Origin: Balanoglossus misakiensis
Lineage: Eukaryota; Animalia; Hemichordata
Reading direction: 5' to 3'
Length of the DNA: 64,000 nt
Assembly: GCA_040954595.2 (NCBI GenBank)
Contig: CM082588.2
Location: 3,784,156-3,848,155 of the forward strand
Below the pieces are notes generated by a model, which did not search any database, was not told the DNA's origin, and was given only the letters and a program-made list of their open reading frames with translations. Every line of letters begins with the position of its first letter. Position 1 is the first letter of the stretch. Positions 30,701-44,975 of the stretch are shown in pieces. The position numbers and the translations under genes were made by a program.

Positions 30701-33700
30701 CAGAGGCACATTTTGCAGACACTGTTACAACGTAAAACACCAGAATATTATTTGAGACAAATCAATGGAAAGTTTGGTAATTGTCCGATGGCTTACTATA
30801 ATATACGTGATAAAATAGGTCTTTTAAAGGCCAATATGCATTGATTTGTAGTCTAGTCATCGGACATTTAACAACTGTCTCCTAGAATGCCTGGGCCACG
30901 AGAGAAATTTCTAGTCTTTCGGTAGACTTCTTATCGTTTTGCCGAAACAGAATTTCATTAAGTTTTTTTCGTAATATGATATATGTTTCACATTAAGTTG
31001 TACTGTTTCTAACTGCTGGGCAATATCTATTGCAATCATTTTTGTACAAATCGTCTAATTTACGAATATGCCATAGCATCTTATACGATCATTTAGTTTA
31101 CTAGACGTCTTCCAGGTTTTCGGAGACGATAATTGTGCAAATGATCACGTGCTTCCGACGAGCCTCTCGGTCATTTGTTATGATGAATTTTCCCATCATT
31201 ACATAAGATATTAGTCCCAAGCCTTTCGTGATCGCTCTAGCAAGAAAGAAGCCTTATGAAACTACGTCAGAACATGTATTAAGGCGGACGGGTATAGGAT
31301 AACAGCGCACTGGTGGGGTTTTGAGATCCCCGGATGTCAGCTCAATCACCACATAAGGGGGAATCCCGCGATAAAAAACAGAGAGGGGGAGTCAAAGCCC
31401 TGGAGGATTTCGTATTGCTCACATCTCCAACCCCCTTCTCGTTAATACATGAACTCTCCCTAGCAGTCATGTTATTGCTTTATTGGGTCGTCAGCTTCCA
31501 TCTAATATTTACGCCTGTTCATTGTAGGTACAAAATAGACACCGTATAAGTGCAACCAATCTCGCTAAGTACTTCCGAATGAATTATTCAGACTCAAAAA
31601 CAGCTCCGGCTTAGTCAGCACAAGTCTCATAAATGACAGCCAGATGAAATAATTGCAGACTTTTTGTGTTTCTCTGATGCCTTGATGTTCTTGAAGATTA
31701 ACGCAGATCGCGTAACGACGGCCTCTTATGTTCAACCTCACTCATTATCTGTCGCAATCCCTGACTTTGATTGCTGTTCGCTGTCCAAGAAAACAAACCA
31801 CGATCATTTGCTTTTCTTGATTGAAGTCGAATACACAAATCGTCTACTTATAAGTCGTCTGTGTCACGTGCGTATGAGATTGAAACTGATTTTTTTCTAG
31901 TAGATATGCCATTTGCAAAGCTATATTATGACCAATGCGTCATTAGATAATTTGAGACATTACTTTTTCATTATAACCGAATCCCAAGATTGTTTCTAGG
32001 CTATGAACGCCATGAAAAAAACATATTAGTAAAAAGCTCTCCCTGGACATAAATTAGACTCCACCTCTGCAAAAACCACTTGTTCCTGGCGATATATATA
32101 TTATTTACAGCAAGGGTTGAAAAGCATGGCCACATCGTTATGGTTCGGGCTTTTTAATCAGCATCTCCACCTCGAGTGTTATTTTGAAATACACGTATTG
32201 TAACGAATATTATTCAGCCCCCGTGTTTTTTGCGTTCGGAAGATCGTCATGTCGAAGACAGAGGCCCGCCCGCCCGCCAAGCTGTTTATCACTGGAGATG
32301 AAAGTCTCCAGTCCACGCTTCCGCAAAAGATTCGCCTTGGAACGTTTCCTCTCTTTTTATGTCTGAAAATGGCAACCGCGATTGAGCATGCGCGCAGCGT
32401 GATTCTGGCGTGCAAAATAGTATTTTGACATTTGCGCTGAATAAGATCCAGTTGAAGACCTCGGCAGGTAAAAAATGCCGTTCTTTGAACTAGCGAAGAG
32501 AGCAATTTGCTGGCAAGCTACGTTAGAAATTACCCCTTCCCCCTATCGCTACACCTTCACACCTCTTTCGAATGTACCGAAGAGAAACACACACGCAACT
32601 TAGGAATACATTGCAACATTTATGAACTTATAGTAAACAACCACATACCTGAGAGCCAAAAATAAATTGTTTCCACGAACTCGTCTGTCCAACGACGGTC
32701 TTGCCAGTTGACGTCAAAGAAATACGCTCCCGGTCAGAAAGTCTCAGCGAGGCAGCTGGAAAGACGAAGGATTGATTTGAATTAATGACGGATGTTAGCT
32801 GTTGTCATACGAAGTTACATTCAGGTATATGAGAAAATATGCATTCGTCATTAATGAAAGAAAGCCTTACATTAAAATGATCAAAGTTTACCCTGCTTGG
32901 TCGAGAGGTGGTTTGTCTGAAGCGATGAAGAATCTGTGTGACGTCAGTAGGTCAACGTTACAGTCCGGTTATAAATACAACATGGTTGCACGAAGAAAGA
33001 TGGCGTGTTCTACAATGCACACAGGTATCACACAGTTTGTAGTTTGGTTAAATGGCAACGACGACCATCCTCACACCCCCGAATCACACTGGACAACGCA
33101 GAAAATCCTCCAATACCTTACAGGGCCAGTCAGTCAAGTCCACGGTCGACATAGAGCAGCAATTTCCCAGTTTCAAGTGAGAGCGGCGTGTTCCTCTCAA
33201 GTCTCATGCACTATCCCATGTGTACTCCGAGAGCACGTGATTATTTACCAGTGAACACCTGGCTGAATAATATTATAATGACCACCTCCACCTGTTTGTG
33301 TGTGTGTGGTCAAAGATATTGAAACGCACGGCCAGTGATATGCAAAAACAAATGATGACACTCTCGAACCAAGCTTTGAAACGGTTGTCATTTTAATGTG
33401 AACGCTGTATATAGAGATGTCGGAACACAAAAACTGTCCAACTCCAGTGTTGCAGTGTAACAGTAAATATATACCTTACAGTAATCACTCGGACCCTATG
33501 GGTTTAAAAAAGCGTGCTTTGTTAACGAGTTATCGTATACTTTAATGAGCGAGAATAAAGTTAAATTACGCAATTCTCTACCTGCCGAATGAACGTGTGT
33601 TCCGAATTCTGATCATTAAAGTCAATTTTATGTTTTCATGGGTGCTATCCATGTCTCATTTCTTGATTTTACTTTTAAAGAGGGTCACCTCCAACTTCCT

Positions 33701-36700
33701 TCATCACGAATCTATGTCTGTCTGTCTCTCTCCCTCCCCCCTTCTCTCTCCCCCTCTCTCTCTCTCTCTCGCAAAAAACAGTGTCTGAAAAACCCAGACT
33801 GTGCCATTTCTTCCTCATAAGGAGTAAAGATATCGCTTCAATCAAACAAACAGGCATAAGTGACTCCCTTAGAATTGTTTTCCCATTGTGCGTTTGCCGG
33901 GCCGACGTATAGGTACTTTTTAGCTTGTTGTAACAACATCCACGGTAAATTGTACTTACACAAGTGATCGTTCAAATACCAAATAAGCCACTACAATTTA
34001 CGATTACGGGGAAATTGCTTCCATGTACTTCCAACAGTAAAACACAACGTAATATACGCGACTGAAAGTACACGGTCATCCGCCAAACCGCTCATGCAGG
34101 TTTTTGTTTAAATCTCTGCAGCAATCATTAAAAGCACACTATAGAAGGTCACATAAACTTTTTGAAATGTACTTTGGGTTCAAACCGCCAGTGCTGGGTA
34201 AATAAAAAAGACTACTCGCGATGAATCACCGTGTTCCAAGGTTGTAAATACGAATGCCGGTAAATGGAAGAAAGGCAAGAACGCATAACCCCACTCCTTT
34301 CAGTGTTGTTGACATAATTTGCGGCGAGACATTTTGCCTAAGTGCGGAGCCACCGTCGTTCTATGGCCAGTGACAGACTGTCATTTTTCCGCAGACCTCA
34401 AAGTTGTCCGATAAGTATTGCTTCACACTGTATAATAACTTATTGAGAGCCACAGCCCCTTTGAAATGAGTGCACCCATTAATAGAAGAAATCTAAGCTA
34501 AGATTGATTGGTTCAATGATCTTCAGTGGTTAAATCTCAAGGACTTTAATTGACTCCCTCGTCAGAACACGGCATCTATATTCGCGTAAATACACCGATT
34601 GTCTGTAGCAATATTCATATATCAGTCGTCATAGCAACGGCAAACAAATCCACAAAATGACAAGTTTGTCCTAAGTGAAACACATAGGAGCTTCGATAGC
34701 CGCATATCAAACTGTATGTTAAGAGTTGAGACCAGAATTGCCTCAAATTTGCTATATTATTAAAACTGAATATGGCCGCCAAACCATGATTTTGTCAATT
34801 CTATCAGGAAGCACTGCTTTCAGCCGACTTCATTACACTCATCTCCTATCTTTAAGGATGATTTGACTGAAAAGAAGATCACACTCTGAATTGCTTAAAA
34901 TAGCTAGCTTGCGCGCCACGTGGCAAAGTTTCTCTCTCTCTCTCTCTCTCAAATTTAAGACCGAAAATATATCCCACTTGAAATTGAAGATGACTGCAAC
35001 GCAAAACTATTGGAAATTCACCATTAACGTCAGGAAGCTCCGATACAGCAATGATTGACGGATTAAATTTCAGCGTTTTCTGATGAGAATCTGTACAGTC
35101 GACCCGAAATCTCCTGGGAGTTTTTTGTTTCTTTCCAAGAAGACGTTTGATTTTAATGAAGTTTGGAAGATTGGGGACGCAGCTTGTAGTTACCGGACTA
35201 AATTTTAACTTCTTCGTCATGAAACAAAATATTGAGCGATCGCCTCTATTAATGGGCAGTAACTATGGCAACCAAAACATAAAGACCTATTTCGCCAGGC
35301 AATCAGCATTCAAACTCTTTCTAATGACATCCAGTGTCTTTAAATTAGTGAAGTAATCACCGTTTATTACATAAATGGATTCTCATATTATTGTTTCGAT
35401 GTGGATTTACTGAAACCCTGGTATTTGTCCTCGAATCCAATCATACATATTAGAGAAACATACAAAATAATCAAAAGTATACACGACAATCGTGGCCAGT
35501 TCTAAGCACCAATATAAATGACACGACTCTTGCCACAGACAGAAATATGGATGATGAAGAGAAATCAGAAAAATATAAAGAATTCCCAAAGTGTTTAGCT
35601 GTTGTGATTCCACTGTGTGATTCTTCACGTTGAATGAAAGAAAAATAATCTGCTATACCATAGGTCTTGGTGACATTTTCTGCAAGGCACTTGAAGCAGC
35701 GTGGGAAACTTTCGTGATTCCAGTCATCATTATGTGCTGACTGTCAGACGCCCTAGTTGGTCTCTTTCACACAGGAGAACACAAATCACTCCGCGGGTGG
35801 TAAACGGTCGCGTCTTTGCTCATGATTGGCCATATTAGGAAACCTTGCATATCACGGATGACTTTTTTAGGATTATTTCGATCAGAAAGTTACAAAGTGT
35901 ATAACGACACCATAATTTATGTAGTACAGACGCACGGATCCCGAGTCAGACCAAGAATTAGTTAATTGATTTAACGCCTTAGTTAAATATAACTGTCGTT
36001 AGAACTGGGTAAATAGCCATTGAAATACAGGTCGTAAAGAGATTATCTCACACAGTAGCTAGGGAAACAGAAAATAAAAGATAAGCATTGAAATCCTCCG
36101 TGAAAGAACCACACACAAGGGATTTTGTGATTGTGTTTATGTTAATAATATGTACATTGTATTCAACAGAGAGTGGTTACGGAAGCATGCCTGGTAAACA
36201 TTGGACTGGTAGCTGTTATAGTCCGTTGGTTAGGCGATTCAATGCCACTCGGCAAAGAGAGGGGAGGGGGAGGGACGAGCGAGATTCTTTTTATGACACT
36301 TTGAGTGTAAATTGGTTTCTTTTCATGGTATTTTTAGCGCTCGGGTTCTTTCAAAGTCTGGAGAGTTGAAGACTAGACATGTACGCTGCGATGGAAATTT
36401 AAGTGTAATTCACTGAAAAGTGTTAACGCATGGTGAGCTACGGGGCCAAATGCCTCTACTAGTTTGAGTGAAAAACCCACACGCTACCTGCTGTTGAGAT
36501 TCGGCACTTAAGGCCGTGAGCGCTGTCAAGAGTCGTTTCTGTTTACGCATAATGACAGTGCCTGTCAAAGCCAGTCTTACTCAAACTCCTGCTAAATTGG
36601 GCTCTGTTTTCTACGTACTCACAATCGAACAACACTGATCAACAGACTGGCATCACAAAGGCGAGACGAGAGCAGCTCGAGAAAAAAAAACGTGTTTGGA

Positions 36701-39700
36701 AATCACACGTGAAAACACACTGAAAGGTGTTATAATTACACAATTAGCGGGTGATCATTCCGCGGTGCTTGCTGTCGCTCACCTGTCGTGCGGACCAGGG
36801 CTATAAAAAACTTACATGGCCATATAAATCCACTCTCAACCGACACAACACAGGAATGGAACATCGAGTAGACATTGCGATGTAAACAGGTGTCATGCAC
36901 TACAGTCGTCGCGTAAAACACGATACAGCAGTACAGGAGTTTTGACACAGAAACCCATGCAGCACTATCTGCATTCTGTGGTGTAAAATCGATCAGGAAA
37001 ATTCAAAATGGTAAACAACGAACGTATATGTGCACTGAGTCTGCGTTTTAAAGCATTGTTCGATTTAAGCAGCAGCTACTGTTCAGGCACCACTATGTTG
37101 TACCGTAGTATTTACGCCACGCACAGAGGCTATTTCCTATCAGCCATTCCCAACTAAAACTTCCTCGACGTTTCCTCTGAGTGTGCAAATTAGTCACTGA
37201 TCTCTTAATAACTGTCAACGCCGAAAGTTTATCAGCTACGTTGGTATATCCCTCACACGCCATAAACTGTAAGTACATGTACATGTATAAACAGCAAAGG
37301 TGCAGAGAAACGAGTTCTCAATATAAGAGTTGAAGGCGACACACTTACCGAAACACACGGCAGGGTGACAGACAACTGTCTGGCCTAGACTCAGAAGCAT
37401 AAATATAGAGCGTCACCAGACGCAGTAATTACCGGCCTGGGAAACTGCACCCATGGGAGAATTAGTGGCCCACACGTCAACAGTTCCATTCAAATTATGA
37501 GGAACAAGACAACCGCGTAGTAATTAACGCAATCGAACAAGACTCAAGAGGACGTGGCTTTGAATTAAAATCTATTAGAACTCTGAATCCCTGGGACATT
37601 ATCATGACAAAGGACAGACAGCAGCAGTTTTCTCACAAAGATTGGCCAAGAGCGTTGAATAACTTTCCGTTGGGCGAAATTATGTAAACGCACACACAAG
37701 CAACCAACCATGAGTTAAATAACAAATCTCATCATACAGATGAGGTTTGCACATTATTATTCACCCATTCCCTGTCATCTGTCAGGTATGAGAACAAACG
37801 AATAAACTAAAAGTTGTAAGACGCGCCTAATAGTTGTCAACCGAGAATGATATACATGTATATACTACTCACGTGCGAGCCACTGACTGTTTTACGAGCT
37901 GCCGACCGCGCAACTTACACCTGAACCTTCACCTCTTGAACAGCTGAAATTGTGACTGGCGGCACGTCGTGGCGTCAAACAAGGAAAAGGTAGTAAAACT
38001 AACCAATTTCTGTTTGGCAATGTGACGCCTCTACTCGAATTTACAACTAATTAAAGTGGTGTCAAAAGCTGTGTTTTTTTAAAAGTAAACGTTGCTTCGA
38101 TTCTCGGGTTAAAGATACTGGCCCCATCATGATGGCAATGTGCGTCCTCAAGGGATTTGAATACGAGCACTTGTCTTTTTGTGGATGGGTCGTGTTTTTT
38201 CTTTAAATCATTACTTTAGAGAATCGATTAAATCTATAGCAAACTAAAATCTTTGTCGGTTTTAGAAGAAAGGGGGATTCTGTGACGACAAAAACAAGCC
38301 GTAATACAGATTGGTGTACACGTCAAATCGTAACCAGATTACGGCTTGTATAATCGCCAAATTAGTCCGACCTTCCCAGTTAAGTCCTGCCAAATTCTGG
38401 CGTGACATTTCATTTTGCCGACAAACGAGCCGATTTACCGTTCATGGCCTTCTCGGCGAATCACTGTGACGGATTCATGCGCCGTTGATCTGCAGCTCTC
38501 GATGCCGGAAGCGGCGGATTGTGACAAAGGGAAGAAAGTACCACGGCGCGAGTAGGAATGGAAATTACCACTATTTGACTTGAAAGGTCCTCCTTCAAGT
38601 GTATTTTCCAAGAGCACTTGATTGCTGGTCTCGTTCATCGCTCGTAAAATAGTTCATTGCACGCAAGGGCATCGCTGAGTTGCATCCGGTTAATAGCAGC
38701 AGGCTGTCTCCTTCTCAACTATGGTTTTATCTGACGTATTTCGGGGCTTCATATATCATATACACGCACAATGAATTTTTAACTCGTTATTCGTGTAAGG
38801 TCAACTAGTGATTGACCGTACCCAATCCATATGCGTCGCCGCTGTCACAATTATAGAAACATTTGGCCAGTCCCAAATAAATTAAAGAAAACACGAATAT
38901 TTTAATTGGCCACCTTCAACAGTAAGCGTGTATTGCACTCGTTATAGTGTACTCGCATTCCCTGCACACGGGGGGTAACCACACCCCAACTGGTTGGGAG
39001 TTTTGTACAGAGTAAGATTACTGTTATTTCAGGTTTTGTACTGTGTATACAGACACGAAAACGAGGATTTTTGTATCCGGGACTCAGTTTTTTCTGTCGT
39101 TGGGTTGAGTGACCTAACATGTACACTTCTGTACAATCCCCATGCTTTTAATTTAGATTTTAGGTTGATTGGAAGCTATAGCCTAAATTAAAGATCGCTG
39201 CTACTTCCGACAGAAAACGAAAGAGAAAATTTCGGCGAGGCCAATCGACGTTCACCTGTAGCAGATATTCATGAACGCCGTGTCGAATCATTTTATTTCT
39301 TTGAGTCGCTTTTAAAAGTAGAGTCGATCACAAATGATTTCTTGGCAAGGACGCAAATTTTCAATTACACGAAACAAAAAGAAGGCTTCGCCCCGGAGCC
39401 AATCAGCTACAGAAGAAGGACATATCGAGTTTAATTTATGCACAGCTGGTTTCTAGGTGAGTGTTAAATGGAGATGGACCGCTCTTTGCTGCAAATATCA
39501 CGGCTATTATGTAAGCGAATACTTGAGAGAAGAAATTGCACCAGGCTGATTAAATTAGACGATTTTAATAAACTGTACAGCTCCTTCTCAAAGCTAAGCA
39601 AGTGGCGAGTGACTATCACATGCCACGTTTACTGACACGTGTTGACGCTATGTTATCATTTCAACGATGGGACACCACAGTATAGTTTTGGACGGGGCAA

Positions 39701-42700
39701 TTCTCTTCCTGGCCTAAAAAGGACCAGACTACAGCTTTTCAAAAGTAATTCGTAGTACCGTTTGATTTCAACTTTTGGTTTTGTCTAGTCTTATGCAATA
39801 CTGCAAATCTGATCCATTTCATGTTGAAATGTGTGACCTGTCTACAGCGTTCGGGTGGGAAATGACGCAGAGTCGTTGGTGCGCATCGTCGCAGAGACAA
39901 AAATTCCTTCTTACTCGCATACAGATACACAGAAAATCCGCGAACAAACTCAAAAAATCTCACGCCCACGCGAACACATATATCACTCACGTTGCTAAGA
40001 CTTATTCCATGTATAATACGCACCTATAAATCGTTAATGTGTAGCCACTCTGTTCCGGATGAATAGATGCGAGACGCTTTGTGTTCACTAAACTCATCGA
40101 TACCATCGAGTAAGAGCGCACGCTTATGTTTCACGTGTCATGCGCGGTAAGTGGCTGTGTACCTTTGATGACGTAAAACCGCGGTCTCTTTCAGTCTTTG
40201 AACGTTAACGAGCGCCACACTCAAGCACGCAATTGACGTTTAAAAGGCATTTGTGTCAATTGAAAGTTTTTAATGCGATGTTTTCCCTTAAACCGGAATA
40301 CACTCTTTCCTGCTGTCAATAAAACCGTTACATTGGTATAAATCGTGATGTATTTCTGAGATATCGAGGTCCGTATTGAATAATGGCAAAAAATCAGTAG
40401 CTTTTTTTCTCGTGACAAATGACCAATATTTAAATTTTGTAACTTATAATGGTGACTTGTTTACAAGTTTAACTATAGTTATCATTGAATTACCTTCTCA
40501 CCCTAATTATATTCAGCCTTCATTAGTTCATCTAAAAATAAGTGTATTACGTCACATTAGGTGTCATCGGGTTCTTTAGTGTATTCTTCTGCTATATGCA
40601 CGTTTTTGACCCACGTGTTTGGTCACTGCATCTAGCCGCCAATCTAATACGTAAAATGTCGGTTCGCGACCAATTTCAAAGAGTGGTTCTATAAATAAGT
40701 ACTCAAGGTTCTTACAAAGCTCCACTACGAATGTGTCTTTTCGACCGGAGTATTATGACTTCTGCTGCTTTACGTTTGAAAGTAGGTCTGCACGTCACAG
40801 TATGTTAAAATGTCGTCATAATTTTTTGTGTGAAAATCTATACGTTGCGAAAATCAATCAGAATAATATGGCATATGGGATTTCGTTCTATGTGGAAATA
40901 ACAGCTGTGAGCTAACACAGGCGGTGACAAAATAAATGGAAGCTTGCCAAAGACGTCCAGAGGCAGACGCTGTTTTCTGACTCACCATATTGTACTAAGG
41001 CGTCTCTACAACAGACCTTTAAAATAGTTGTTTGGAGGCCGTCACCTGAAAATTATTCCACCATTCAAACGTATGTTTCAATGTTGTTGTTTTTCTCCTA
41101 TATATTCATAGCGTCAATGTGAGTGAATTTTCGCTATTCTTCTAGTGGGCAGAGATATAATGTGCCATTCTATGACTACAAAGACGCCCCTAAAAGTCAC
41201 GGAATTCCCTTGTATTTGCCACTTAAATCCATTCAGCGATTACATTCAAATGTTCTAACCACAACTGTTTGAATCAATGCAACCGATTGAAATTCAAATA
41301 CACTGTAAAAACCGTGGATTAATATTCTTTCATCATCAAAACGGCAGCTAACCATTCAGGTCGATGCAAAGGCACAAAGTCAAGCGGAAAAGAAACTCCA
41401 TTGACAAAATTGAATTCCTCCGAACGACAAAGGAGATGCTAACCATTAAAGGTGTTGCGGCAAATGCATTCCCTCAGTAGTTATAAATAAAATCTTAAGT
41501 CTCTCAAGGGCATAGGTTCTATCGATTATTGTGATGGAGGCCTATATTCTTACATGTAACTAGCTAGATGATGACGTTGCAAGGAATGTGTTCAATTTCT
41601 ACTCACTTAAGGTGGCCTATCACCGAAGCATCACACTTGAGCTGCAATCAACTTGGGGCTTACAGAAAAATCTTATTGGTTTAGATTCGTTAGATTAAAA
41701 CAAGTAAGACGTCACATGAAACAAGGATTGTGTTGCTTCACTGAATCGACAGATTCAGACAAGCGTCTCCCATCCTATCATATGTATGTATTATATATGT
41801 GCTTGTACGTAGTTGCCTCTCTCAGTATATATATTCACATTAATAGCAACGTGTATATTCAGGTCACGGCAAACTCTAATTGGGAGAATGAGATTAATAA
41901 CGAATTTGCACCGATCAAATTACAATAAACAAAGTTGATTAGCTAATGGCCAAAACATTGGTGCTGCAAAAGTCCAAGACGGGGATATTTTACTCAAAGG
42001 AAGCAATATTTAACACCGCTCTGTGAGTGTGCGTAGCTCCGACGCACCGGATTCTTACTGGCGAGCCTCCTTAAATAGCGTTACTCATTTACGATATTAC
42101 TCTTGAACGTTCAAAGTCACGTCGGAGGCATTTGTGTTTGCAATAATGGAGTGCATCGTCTGCGCTTCCATGGAAACGCCGTGGAGCAATGTATGCACGG
42201 GCTCTATCACTTAGTACCGAACCATCTAATGTGTCAAAAAATGGGGCGGTGCAGAGTTCCTTGCACTTTTTTCTCTGCGGCTTCGAAAGGGATGTGCAAG
42301 ATCGTTGCTTTTATGACCGTCTTTAAGGAGATAACATAAACGAGACGTTTGTCTTCCTGTCTCCAGATTGTAAAATAGACTATTTTTTGTGGTCTTATTG
42401 GGTCAGCAGCTGTCGTTTTCGTGATTCGTTCAATCTTTCGGAGGGTTCTGTACATCAACTTCTTATTCTACTCAATCTACTATGCTACAGCTAACCATGA
42501 CCGTGAGCTAAGTTAAATTCAATTTTCAACAGTATCGATATGATTTGTACGACACTCTAGTCTGTACGCTTACAAATGTGGACAAACCAGCTGGCGTAGA
42601 AACACATTGATGTTTCCGTGTTCACTCCAATAACCGCAGATAGATTAATCGAATCATCGCAAAGTGGCGTACATTTTGTATATATAAAGTGGCATACACG

Positions 42701-43205
42701 TACCTGCCCAGTGTCTCGTTTCCGTTCGTGTCAGAAAGCATCAACTTGAACACGCACGGCTTTTCCGTCTCGTCAGCGCTGTGCTTCAGTCCGACGTGAT
42801 GCTGGTGTGCAGGATGGAAACGACGATTCTAGGTACCAGTGGCTGGCTTGAGAATTATCCAGAGAAAACGAGCCCTGAATGAGGCGGAGGGCGCTGTCCT
42901 ACAAGAATCGAAATGGCAGAATCAGTGGTATGATAACTAATGAACAGCAGAAATAAAATTAAAGTTATGTCACAACGTCAAATTGGCCAGCAATGCCTTC
43001 TTTTGACCTGCAGGCTATGTGATTTACAACAAGGACGATAATACAACAACGGACGTGTTGATCGTCATGATGCTAATCACGTGTTGGTGGTGTGTGGCCA
43101 TTACTTCCCGTCATGCTTTTCGATTTACCCGCAGGTGTCCCGAAGGCAACTCATTCTTTTATTGACAAAGCAAATATCTTCGATTATGTTTTTCGCCGTT
43201 TTCAT

Positions 43206-43272
43206 AGAGAGGGAGAGAGACAGAGACAGAGAGAGGCAGAGGCAGAGACACACAGAGAGAGAGACAGGCAGA
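43206..43272. repeat. Degenerate GA/GACA-rich repeat
   Basis: agagagggagagagacagagacagagagaggcagaggcagagacacacagagagagagacaggcaga. Confidence 0.75.
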
Positions 43273-44975
43273 CGGAAAGAATCGACGGTTGTACTGATTT
43301 TAAATGAATTAAACTGAAAACATGAGATATCAATCAGTTTAGAAGAGAAAACACCACTGACAATAACTGTTTGAATAATGTGTGCAGTTTGAAAGCCTTG
43401 CTATCGTAGGTTGGAATGAAAACATTTCCTGTTTCACGAGATAAGCTTACCTGATAGGATGAAACTCTCCCTGGGGGCCAATTTCCTGTTTTCTCGGGCC
43501 TTGGCTTAGTTTGAGTGACTCTTCTCTTTGTCAAGGACGATACCCGCTGTAATTCAAATAAGTAACACGAGTACGAGGGGATTACACTTCAACTATGTAA
43601 AAAATTGAACAAAGCACATGGTGAGTCATATGTTCGCACGATAGCTCGGACGCAGCTGGTCTTGACGCACTCAGCGTGACATCGCCAACTCGCACGCAAG
43701 GGCGAGAGGGAGAAGTCAATGCTTCGTACCAGCCTCCACCGCCAACACATACTGTTGACGGCTTTTCAAATTAATACTTTGATTGACTGCTAATCCAAGA
43801 GTGTACACACAAAGTTGGTCGCGGCGCCGGGTAATGTACTGTACTTGACGCGACCTACATAAACACACACCCATTATAATGTATGTCCTGGTGACCGCAA
43901 AGTTGTAATTAAGTCTTAACGTGGACAGATGTTTTGCCGATATTTAAATTTCTGAAACATTTTCAATACCAGTGTCAACATGACCAATAAATATGCCACG
44001 TTTAATCTCAAAGTGACAACTATGGAAGAGATATATTCATGGATTTGGCTCGGTCCAGAGAAAAACAGAAATCAGATTAGGCTAGGCTGGAGACAAAACA
44101 TCGAAGTTTCTCACCTTGACGTCACAAAACGAAGTTATAGCTGGCGAGCGTTCACATCTCATCGCAGAAGACGTTGTATAAGGAAATTCCGAAGTTAGGG
44201 ACTTGCACTCTACGCTAAGCTTATAAAGTAGCCTAAGCTTCGAATACTCAAGAACAGGTTTTGCGGGCCTGCCAAAAGAAGGTTTCACATAATTCAATAA
44301 TGTCGCCACGCTGCACTGGAGTGATCTCGCCATGACCCCAAGAGGACAACACCTGTTTTCGCTGGTCCAAACTATTAGGCCTGAGTGAGGGACTGGTCAG
44401 TTGGGGTGGATTCTATTTTGTGGATATCAAAAAGTGGCTGCCCCCTCATGTTAAGAGCCAAGACGAATTTGATATAAAGTTTATATAAAAAATGTGATTG
44501 CATTATAATTAAATGTTTCTTTTTTTATTTTACCAAGTGCATGCTTCGTATTCGAAGCAGTGCATGATGATTTCAAGTTCTTGCCAGTCGACCACAAAAC
44601 CTCAAGCTACAGTACCATACTGTAGCAAAAAGGAACGTACGTACCTATTTCTAGACCAAGCTTTTTCAGAAGCTGACTAATAAGCAAGTTGGTGCGGCTG
44701 TAAGTGTTGAAATGAGTCCGAAACTAACCGAAAAACAAATAGATATCAGCGACGATGAAAATAGAACTGGAGGGAATCCCGCGCAGCCTCGCTTTCGGTG
44801 ACGACCGAGGGCATCCCCCGTTTTACGTCACTTCCGCCACATGTGTAAGTTACATCAGGGTCGCTGTGATCGCACGTCCACTGCTGTACTCACGGGATTT
44901 CTTGTTGAAATGTGAACGATCATTGACATTTTGGCGAGGTGAGATACTATTTTCGGGATTTTGGAAGCCAGGAGA

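Noticed and set aside
34850-35345. Possible MITE-like repeat remnant
   Set aside because: Could not define matching terminal inverted repeats or a TSD by eye; needs a repeat library.
42889-42900. GGCGCTGTCC resembling a REST/NRSF RE1 site upstream of a neuronal gene
   Set aside because: Only one half-site is present; no matching TCAGCACC half at a suitable spacing.
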